IMG/VR virus record: IMGVR_UViG_3300037470_000672
Coordinates: 111,907 to 175,906 of that record
DNA from: a virus
DNA length: 64,000 bases
Direction: 5' to 3' (one strand)
This document shows positions 56,331 to 64,000 of the stretch, piece after piece (position 1 is the stretch's first letter; each line of letters begins with the position of its first letter). Under the pieces are notes generated by a model, which was not told where the DNA came from, made no database searches, and saw only the letters and a list, made by a program, of their open reading frames with translations. A program made the translations under genes and the position numbers.

Positions 56331-57401
56331 CGGAACCTCCTCTTCAGCGATCCGTCGCTGATCTGAGAAGATCCTACTAGCTACGAAACAGGTTGTCAAA
56401 GGTTTATCTGTGTGATCGGTGATCTGCCTCACGCCTTGGCTTCGCTCTGCTTCTCGTTGGTCTTGGGGGTACTCGCCCCTCTGCCCTCGTGCTTGTCGGC
56501 GAGCGCCTTGACCAGATCGAGGTCGACTCCGGCCGCCTGGGCTTGTTTGAGGAAATCTCGGGCCTTGGCGTGCTCCCCGTCCTCTGTCACCAGGGAGCGA
56601 CCAGCGAGCAGTCCCACTTGCTCTTCGTAGGCGCGGCGGAGTTGGCCTTGGATGTCTTCGATGGCTCCTTTTGCGATCAGGGTGCGCACCTGGTTGAGGT
56701 AGCGGCGTAGCACGGCTGCTTCCTGGTGGAGCTTCTCGATCTCTTCGCACAGCGAGCGCTTGACCTTGTGCAGCGTCGCCGTCTTGTAGGCCGTCGTGTC
56801 GTCGAGGATCGCCTTCACGTCATCCAGCGTCAGGCGCGCGGCGGGCTCAGAAGGAGTCAGGTTCTCCGTGGTCTCCCCGTTGCCCGTCTTCTTCTGCTTC
56901 TTGTCCGTCATCGGTGCTCTTCTCCTGCTGCCCGTAGGTCTGGCAGCGGTTGCAAGTTCGGCGGTGCTGGACCTCCCAGTCGGACTTGTCTTCATAGGAG
57001 AGCCCGTCCAACAGATCCAGCGGATCTGTCGCCTGCTGTCCCTGTTGCGCCATCACCGCAGGGCACTCCGGATCGACGATGGGCGTCCAGTTGTCGGGGT
57101 TGTTGGGGGAGATCACGACTCCTCTTCCCGCTTCAGAGCCTCGTACTCATGCGGAGCGCGGTAAAACATCGCGTCTCCGGTACGCAACCTTTCTTCCGCC
57201 CACGCTTTGGCTTCTTCTAGCTCTCGAAACGTTGCCTGGTACCCGTACCACCGGGCCGCCCATTTTCGACCCATGAAGTCGATAGACCACACTACTGCAA
57301 ACGGTTCTTCGTCCTCTTCGTTCTTGAAAAGGAGGTGGACATACTTCCCTCCCCCTTTGCGGGCCTTGGTCTTGGTGCGCCAGATCATGCGCTCTCCGCC
57401 T

Positions 57402-57419
57402 CCCGTACGTACGTACGGG
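57402..57419. repeat. Palindrome family B variant with (GTAC)3
   Basis: CCCGTACGTACGTACGGG, upstream of ATG 57388. Confidence 0.65.
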
Positions 57420-58981
57420 CGCATGCGGGGCATAGGTCTACCACCAAGCCCTCCACGGAACGCTTGCGCACCCATTCTTCTTGCTTCGCTCTTTCACGCG
57501 CGCGGCGGGTGCCTTGCTCTAAGCCGGCATGCTCTCCGCAGCCGTCGCATCGCACCTCGGCGTAGTGTATGAGGGTCACTGGTCACTCCTCGTCGACGTA
57601 CTCGTGCGTTTCCAGGAAGTACACCTCGTCGTCGAGGACGTCGTTGGTCTTGGTGTCGCGCACGCGAAGAGCCAGGTCCCCATTGATCGTGTCGGCCTGC
57701 CCGTCAAGGTAGAGCCCGTGTTTTCGGGACAGTCGACCGAGCGCTTTGAGAAACGCTCGGACGCGCTGCTTGTTTTCGTCCTCGAACGCAGCGCTCGATC
57801 GGGTGTCGACGTAGCTCATACGCACGCTCCTGTCCGACCGAGCATGTAGAAGACCCAACACAGGACTACCCATGGCAAGGTGACTTCGGGCTGGGTCAGC
57901 GACCACAGCCACGCGCCAAAGGCGGGGGCGTGTGGATCGCGAAAAGTCGCCCGACACCGCCGACAGAAGACCCAGGGACGTCGCGAGATCACTTGAGCAC
58001 CTCCATCCGCGCGTAGCGCAGGTTCACGCCAGCGGGCTCTTCCAGGACGTCGTTCTGGAGCGCCAGGATCAGCTCCTGGCACACGGCCCCAGGCGCTGCC
58101 GGGTCCTGCCAGTACCCGCCACCGTCCCCTGCGCGCAGGTACTTGACGACGCCGGAAGGACTGACGCCGAGCTTCACAGCCCAACACTGGCGACGTTTTC
58201 CGCCGGCCTCGCGAAACGTCACCCGTACGTACGGATGGCCTAGGTAGTGGGTCTGGTGACTCGGGTCCTTAGCCACAGATGAACTCCAACGCAGCCTGGT
58301 AGGCAGCCAGAGCATCGTGAAAGGCGCGCTTCGCTGCGGCCTTCATCTGCTCAGGATCGTCCGGGTCGTACTCCCCCTTGGCGGCTTGGCTCGTCAAGAG
58401 CTGGACCATGATGGCCTTCACCCGCTTGCGGTCCTCAGGGGTGTAGGAGGCAGGGATCTGGTAACGCATCACATCTCCACCAAGATCTCGGCCCCATCAA
58501 GATCCCAGCACCTGCCGTTGTAAGAGACGTGCCCGATCTGGTCGGTGCCGCGGAACACCCGCCCCGCACCTTCCCCCAAATTGGACGCACCGTACCCACC
58601 GCGCTCGATGAACAGGCGGAAGGCGCGCGACGCCTCGCCCCAAGACGACACCGACTGGACGGTGGCGGGGAGACCCGCCACGTGAAGAACGATACGCATC
58701 ACGCCTCCACAGCCTTGGGCAGCATCAGGAAGAGCACGGCGAGAACCGCCGCCATCGGCGCCGCCTCGTTCGGCGGGAGCTTCGTGAGGGCCTGCTGGGC
58801 CTCCATCAGGCGCTGCGCCGCGCCCGCGAAGTCCCTGTCCGCGATGGCCAAGGCGGCGCGAACGGACTTGAGTTGGGCCTCGCCCAGCGGCCCCACGGGG
58901 AAGCTGAGGGGCGCGACGGTGGCGAGCGGGGCGACGGTAGCGGGGGTGAGCATTCTGAGCCTCCTTTGGGCACCCTTGCCC

Positions 58982-59020
58982 AAGTGATCTGATCATACCG
59001 TACCGGATCTAGGTTGTCAA
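58982..59020 (-). promoter_or_regulatory. sigma70-like promoter with inverted AAGTGATCT box at the start site
   Basis: TTGACA-17-TATGAT then CAGATCACTT. Confidence 0.7.
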
Positions 59021-60209
59021 CATGATCTGTTACCCCTCGGCAAGAGGGGCACATGACCTGGTGACCTGCGAGCATCGCGAAGAACCCGATCGTGTACCCC
59101 CACCCGTCCTTTTCGGCGGCCTCACACGCGGTCAGCGCTGGTGCTGCGGGGGAGGCGCACCGGTAAGGGTTTGAGCGCTGACCACAGGTGTCGCACACGA
59201 GGCCGCCGCGCTGTTTCGATCCGCGACCTGTCACCTCGACCGGCATCACCCCTCCTGTGGAGGTTGCACGTTGAGCAGCGCCTGGACTTCCTCCCGGTCG
59301 GAGGGCCAGCCCAGCGCCTTGGCCAGGTTGAACTGCTCCCGAGAGACCACTTGCATGATCGAGCACACGTGGACGTCACCCAGCTCCCCGTTCGGGCACA
59401 TCTCGGAGTAGTGCCGGCCGAAGCGGTAGTTCTCCATGTGCGGCTGGGAGTACATCTGCCGGGCGTACTCGATCTCGTCCTCGTCGGCGCCAGCCTCACG
59501 CTCCCCTTCGATCGGGTCGAGCAGCTCACCGTAGATCATGATCCCGAGCGCCGGCTCGAAGCGGACGTAACAGTCGCCGATCTTGGCGGTCTTCTGGTAG
59601 TCGTTCGCGGCCTCGTCGGCGCGGGTTTGTGCTTCGGTCATCACAGCGAGCATGTCGTCGATGTCGTCGAAAGTCTTGAACTCCATGGTCTTCTCCTAGT
59701 TGCGGCTGGAACCGCGAGAACGAGAGCGGTCCTCGTACGCCAGCTCCAGCGTGTAGACGACCTCGATTTCCAACAGGCCGTCGTCGCGGCGCCGCTCCCC
59801 GTACGCCTTCGGGCAAGCGTTGTAGGTGGCGATGACGTCGTCCCCGTCCCAGCGGAAACCGATCTCGTCCTCGTCCTCGTATCCGTCGAAAAACTCAACC
59901 TCGAAGTCGAACGCGGCGCCGTTGGGCTCCGGCGCCCAACGCGGGGTCGGGAGCGGTCCGTCCGGCGACCCCCACTCCAGCGTCATGGGAACGAGAACAT
60001 CCGGCAGGCTCCGCTCCGCGAGGGCGCGAAGGCGGAACGTCCCGTCCTCCCCACTCTCGCGAAGAGAATGGGCCAACTCCTTCAACGCGGCAAGGGTGTC
60101 CTTGCCTTGGAGAGACATGTGGACATCGTCCGCGTCCTCGTTCTTCTCGTCGGTGAAGTCGAAAGTCAGCATCGTTACCTCCTTCGGTCACCCGTGACCG
60201 ACTGAGATC

Positions 60210-60238
60210 ATTTTAGGCGATCACTTTGTAATCGTCAA
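60210..60238 (-). promoter_or_regulatory. sigma70-like promoter with AAGTGATC box
   Basis: TTGACG-ATTACAAAGTGATCGCC(17)-TAAAAT. Confidence 0.8.
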
Positions 60239-60317
60239 GAGATCCTCAAGCGGATCTGGATCTCTACAAGCTCTAGATGAGACCCAAGTCACAGATCAGA
60301 TCCGCACATAGGATCCA

Positions 60318-60346
60318 TTGACAAGCCAAAAGTGATCTATTAAGAT
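60318..60346 (+). promoter_or_regulatory. sigma70-like promoter with AAGTGATC box (RNA ligase)
   Basis: TTGACA-AGCCAAAAGTGATCTAT(17)-TAAGAT. Confidence 0.8.
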
Positions 60347-60352
60347 CAAGAC

Positions 60353-60988
60353 ATGAGCAAGAAGTATTTCCGGACGCCTCACCTGCCCTACTCCCCGGGC
60401 GGGACGAGCGACGACAAGCGGCTTGCTCGGGACGATCACTTCCTCGGCGAAGAGATCGTCGTGACCGAGAAGATGGACGGCAGCAATGTCTGCCTGACCA
60501 GCGAGGCGGTCTTCGCGCGGAGCCACGCTTCCGCCCCCTCGCACCCGAGCTTCGCACCGCTGAAGGCGCTGCACGCGACGCTTCGGGGGCAGATCCCGAC
60601 CGGGATCAGCATCTTCGGCGAGTGGGTATTCGCTGAGCACAGCATCGCCTATTCGGCCCTGCCGTCTCATCTGATGGTCTTCGCCGTCCGCGACGACGAG
60701 ACGGGCGAGTGGCTGTCCTGGGATGACGTGTGCTTCTTCGCCCAGGAGTTGGGGTTCCAGACGGTGCCCGTACTCTTTCGTGGAGAAACCCGCGATCTGA
60801 AGAGGTTGGTGGCTGGTCTGGACCGCGCCAGCCGATGCGGCGCGGCGGAGAAGGAGGGCATCGTGGTCCGCAAGGCTTGCGCCTGGTCGGATCCGACCAC
60901 CAGCATCGCCAAATTCGTCCGGGCGGATCACGTCCAGACGGACAAGCACTGGAAAACCCAACAGATCCAAATCAACAAAGTGATCTGA
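60353..60988 (+). CDS. ATP-dependent RNA ligase family protein
   Basis: KYFRTPHLPYSPG..DDK, VVTEKMDGSN (KxDG), GEW, KEGIVVR, IAKFVR. Confidence 0.85.
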   Translation: MSKKYFRTPHLPYSPGGTSDDKRLARDDHFLGEEIVVTEKMDGSNVCLTSEAVFARSHASAPSHPSFAPLKALHATLRGQIPTGISIFGEWVFAEHSIAYSALPSHLMVFAVRDDETGEWLSWDDVCFFAQELGFQTVPVLFRGETRDLKRLVAGLDRASRCGAAEKEGIVVRKACAWSDPTTSIAKFVRADHVQTDKHWKTQQIQINKVI

Positions 60989-60996
60989 GGACAACC

Positions 60997-61318
60997 ATGC
61001 ACAGCAACTACGTCGTCCACCCCAGCCATCTTCGGCCCAAAGATGCGACCTACCACGCCGTGATGGACGCAGTTCTTCGACGACCCACGTACGCGCGCCG
61101 AGTACCTCAAGTGGGCTCCCTACCTCTTGTGGGCTGAGGAGTACCACGCCGGTAACCGGCCGGCGGATTGGAATCCGCCATGTGAGCACCGTGGCAAGGA
61201 GCGGTACGGTGACGGCCTCTGGCAGTGCGCTCACTGCGGCGTGAAGCTGCTGAACTACAATCCAAACCACAAAGAAAAGGAGGTCGACTTCCTCAGCAAA
61301 GAAGAAGTGGACGACTAG
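60997..61318 (+). pseudogene. Small Zn-ribbon gene, possibly frameshifted near 61070
   Basis: ATG 60997 with GAGG RBS; coding-like continuation FFDDPRTRAEYLKWAP..CEH..CAHC is in +1 frame. Confidence 0.35.
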
Positions 61319-61989
61319 GGTTGGACCTGGGTACCGTACAGCGCGTACCCGACCCCTACCGTCAGCGCAGCCCCAGCGATCAATCCCACAGTTGCCGAAG
61401 TACCAATGACGACGCTGGTGCCGTGCTGATCCCACCAGGTCGGAGGTGGGGGCGTTAGCTCCCGCAATCTCTGCTCGTCTAGCTGAAGCTGCTTTTCGTA
61501 GAGCTGGCGATGAGCGCGCCAGACGGAGCGGTCCGCCACATACATCTTGAGCAACTCCTCGTAGCGGAGCCGGTACAGCTCCACCCGAGCCGCTTTGGCT
61601 TCGCTCATCAAGATCCCACCCTTGCTACACACCGGGAAGGAATCCACAGCCTGCTCAAAGCAGGGCGTGACCCACTCCTCCTGCCCCACGAACTCCGGCG
61701 GAAGAGGTTCCGTCTTCGGGTTGGGCGCCAGCGCGCGGTTTTCGATGTCGGTGCCATCCAGATAGGGCTCCGCGACCGAAGGCGTGACGGGTGGGGAAGT
61801 CGCGCACCCTACGGCCCACAACAACCAGCAACCAAGTACGAGAAGCTGAGAACCGGCCAACGCCAACATGCGATCCACGTGCGCCCTCCACGAGACGTCT
61901 TGTACAGTTTGATAGTTGTCGAACCAACCGTCCTCGTACGACGAACCGTACTCCTGGGCGAAGATTCCAGCGCAGGTGCACGGGCTCAC
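61315..61989 (-). CDS. Lipoprotein with C-terminal transmembrane helix (spanin-like topology)
   Basis: LLVLGCWLLWAVG-C lipobox-like; C-terminal hydrophobic helix; true start uncertain. Confidence 0.55.
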   Translation of the reverse strand: MSPCTCAGIFAQEYGSSYEDGWFDNYQTVQDVSWRAHVDRMLALAGSQLLVLGCWLLWAVGCATSPPVTPSVAEPYLDGTDIENRALAPNPKTEPLPPEFVGQEEWVTPCFEQAVDSFPVCSKGGILMSEAKAARVELYRLRYEELLKMYVADRSVWRAHRQLYEKQLQLDEQRLRELTPPPPTWWDQHGTSVVIGTSATVGLIAGAALTVGVGYALYGTQVQP

Positions 61990-62009
61990 TTCTCGATACT
62001 CCTGGGAAT

Positions 62010-62025
62010 CCGCCCGTACGGGCGG
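62010..62025. repeat. Palindrome family B core
   Basis: CCGCCCGTACGGGCGG, intergenic. Confidence 0.9.
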
Positions 62026-62158
62026 TTTGGACGCCTCGCAGACGGTTTCTTTGGCTCAGGCAGGCTATCAGGATAGTCGGGCGAGTAGTCCGCAAAGGTG
62101 GCCGGGTACTCTGCACCCAACAAGCGCTCCAACAGTTCCACACGCTTGGAAGTGAGCA

Positions 62159-62716
62159 TCACTCCCGCTCGGCGCTGCTGAAGGAGGGCTTGCGCTTGGT
62201 AGACCCTGGGCGGAAGACCACGATCGCCGATGGAAACGGCGCTCCCGTGGTCGCCTTGCCAAACTTCAAACGACCCTGAACCAAGCGCACTTCATCGGCT
62301 TTCATGACATGACTATGCCACCATTTTGTATCCGTTCGCGCAGGCACCAAAAGCACCGACGTGGCGCCATTCGACTTCGCTTCCTCGGCTGCTTTCGCCA
62401 TCCAAGCGCCTACTGAAGAGTAAGGTGGATTTATCCAAACCTTCTCATCTTTCCAAGACCGCGAAAGGCCGTCATCCTTCTTAGTGTAGTATCGGGGACA
62501 CTTCGCGTTCTTCCCATTGGCGCACGGGTCCAGCGTGAACTTGAACTCCTTGTGGAGCTTGTCGTAGAGGTTCTGCGGCGTTGCCCACTCGTCGCTGTTG
62601 GACGAGTAGTGCACTCCCATCTCGCGCTCGAACAACGAGCGGACGTCGAGGAGCTGGTAGTCCTCCAACAGCCGGTAGCTGAACAGCACGCGATCGGGGA
62701 GAAACGACGCGCTCAT
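62159..62716 (-). CDS. Phage N6-adenine DNA methyltransferase (T1 Dam-like family)
   Basis: DEWATPQ, FTLDPCA, DDGLSRSW, WINPPYS, LVPARTDTKWWH. Confidence 0.9.
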   Translation of the reverse strand: MSASFLPDRVLFSYRLLEDYQLLDVRSLFEREMGVHYSSNSDEWATPQNLYDKLHKEFKFTLDPCANGKNAKCPRYYTKKDDGLSRSWKDEKVWINPPYSSVGAWMAKAAEEAKSNGATSVLLVPARTDTKWWHSHVMKADEVRLVQGRLKFGKATTGAPFPSAIVVFRPGSTKRKPSFSSAERE

Positions 62717-62728
62717 TCCGGCTCCCTA

Positions 62729-63226
62729 TCAGGCGCGTACCCAGCGCGCACAGCAGCCCAGCGGGTCGACCGGGGCCGGCATACGGTTCTGATCAATCAC
62801 GACCTGACAGCGTCCCATCACCACACCCTCCTCCGCTGCTGGGAAGACCCGCGGAGCGGGGAGGTACTCTCGGCAGATGTCGCAACTCGTACCGCCCGGA
62901 ACCATATCTAAGCCAGAGAGATTGGGGTCGAGGGGGTCAATGCCGGGATGGTCCGTCCACCGGCGCATCGGCTTGCCGTAGACATGGTAGCCGCAGACGT
63001 GTTCGGCAGTGATCGGCAGGTTCTTTTCGTGTACCACGCGCCGGTCCTGCCCAGCGACCCACATGATGCAGTTGCGGCACGCCTTTCTCGATCCGTCTGG
63101 ATTCGGATGGACGTAGACGACGCCCCAAGGCTGTGAGCGGGCTTCGTGAGGGGGTGGTTCAACCAGCTCCTGGTCGTCTTCGATCAGGAGCTGCCCCTCT
63201 TCGACCAGGACCCGCAGCGACTTCAT
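62729..63226 (-). CDS. Cys-rich hypothetical protein
   Basis: CRNC, CG, CDIC, C, CCARW. Confidence 0.6.
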   Translation of the reverse strand: MKSLRVLVEEGQLLIEDDQELVEPPPHEARSQPWGVVYVHPNPDGSRKACRNCIMWVAGQDRRVVHEKNLPITAEHVCGYHVYGKPMRRWTDHPGIDPLDPNLSGLDMVPGGTSCDICREYLPAPRVFPAAEEGVVMGRCQVVIDQNRMPAPVDPLGCCARWVRA

Positions 63227-63258
63227 CGGGTCTGACTATACTGGGTTTTCGGGTCTGA

Positions 63259-63798
63259 CTACACAGCGTTTTCGGATGCGCCCCTACCGTTGAGCTGCGC
63301 CTCCAGCTCACGGATGCGTTGGTCTTTCACCTCCGCTGCCCGTTGGGTCTCCGCGTGGAGGTTATTCAGCCGGACTCTGAGGTCGTTGACGACATCGCTC
63401 TCGTCCTGCACCTCCCTGCGTCGGAGCACCGGCGACTGCCACTCCTTCCCGTCCGCGTTCAGGGCGCCGTTCACGCGGAGGGAACCGCACGCTGAGCACC
63501 AGGACGCCAACGGAAGCGAGTCTGAGTCCGACAGCCGATGCAGGCTTCCGGCGGGGTGAGGGCACTCTCGATGCGCCCCTGCCTCTTCGTTCAGCTTCTG
63601 TTCGGCTGCCATCAGTTTTACCTGAAGCGCCAGCTTTTCCATCTCTAGCTTGCGGCAGCGGGGCTCCCAGAAGCTCTGGATGCACTCCTGGTAGGCGGAG
63701 ACGGCTGCTGTGATCTGTACCTCAGCAGAGGCCGTTACCTTGGCCCGCTCCTGCTGGAGGATGTCACGGGCCTGTTCTCGGATTTGGGCGTCGACCAT
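63259..63798 (-). CDS. Coiled-coil protein with small zinc ribbon
   Basis: CPH..WCSACG; GAGG RBS. Confidence 0.6.
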   Translation of the reverse strand: MVDAQIREQARDILQQERAKVTASAEVQITAAVSAYQECIQSFWEPRCRKLEMEKLALQVKLMAAEQKLNEEAGAHRECPHPAGSLHRLSDSDSLPLASWCSACGSLRVNGALNADGKEWQSPVLRRREVQDESDVVNDLRVRLNNLHAETQRAAEVKDQRIRELEAQLNGRGASENAV

Positions 63799-63860
63799 CT
63801 GCTACCTCTTTACGACACCTACTACAGGACCGACCCCTACCACAGGACCGTGGTCTTCAT

Positions 63861-64000
63861 GTCTCGGAATTCCAAAGATCCGAGCATCTTTTCAACCGGC
63901 TTGAAGTTGGGGAACGCCTTCCGAAGGTTCTCTGCCAAGTCTCGGAATTCCAAAGATCCGAGCATCTTTTCAACGTGAGGTCATGCTGCCGGCCGATGCC
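63861..64000 (-). CRISPR. CRISPR-like array, continues beyond window edge
   Basis: Two identical 36-bp repeats (63861-63896, 63939-63974) separated by a unique 42-bp spacer; 26 nt of further unique sequence to the edge; minus-strand repeat GTTGAAAAGATGCTCGGATCTTTGGAATTCCGAGAC. Confidence 0.7.

Larger units (their letters stand above)
56429..60172 (-). other. Array of small accessory ORFs (e.g. 56429-56911, 57113-57388, 57385-57579, 57583-57819, 58269-58472, 58469-58699, 58699-58953, 59246-59686, 59696-60172)
   Basis: Short, coupled ORFs with RBSs downstream of sigma70-like promoters at 58992-59020 and 60210-60238; typical early/host-takeover region. Confidence 0.55.

Noticed and set aside
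483-62025. Family B palindromes as intrinsic terminators or as a CRISPR array
   Set aside because: No U-tracts, one lies in frame in a CDS, and copies are kilobases apart.
63897-63938. Spacer resembles this phage's capsid gene at about 11870-11898 (22/29 nt; LRKAFPNF versus LRRVFPNL in the same frame)
   Set aside because: Seven mismatches, several non-synonymous, and flanking residues do not align; not a self-target. It could reflect a distant capsid homolog, but only a database search can say.
1-64000. tRNA, rRNA, integrase, transposase, cas1/cas2, reverse transcriptase
   Set aside because: No supporting motifs or cloverleaf-like structure recognised by eye; tRNAscan and HMM searches were not run.

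Overview
64-kb segment of a large, GC-rich myovirus genome; almost all genes are on the minus strand. Left third: T4-type structural module (tail tube running off the left edge, tail sheath, gp15/14/13-like neck genes, gp23-like major capsid, gp21-like protease/scaffold, gp20-like portal with two inteins, terminase). Middle: dCTP deaminase, family A DNA polymerase, ParB-like protein, RuvC, Cas4-like nuclease, intein-containing RecA, SF2 helicase, SSB, primase, DnaB, DnaC-like loader and a lambda O-like initiator gene that contains four 23-bp-period iterons (probable origin). Right third: accessory small ORFs, MoxR AAA+/VWA pair, uracil-DNA glycosylase, RNA ligase, adenine methyltransferase, and the edge of a CRISPR-like array (two identical 36-bp repeats, one complete 42-bp spacer). 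Most striking observation: the array's 36-bp repeat also occurs as about ten solitary, degenerate copies across the window, all in the same orientation. Most sit at gene junctions, several directly abutting ribosome-binding sites, and one is inserted in frame in a head gene. A second dispersed palindrome family (CCGCCCGTACGGGCGG) and a promoter class with a position-fixed AAGTGATC box are also present. All protein calls are by motif recognition only; no database searches were run.
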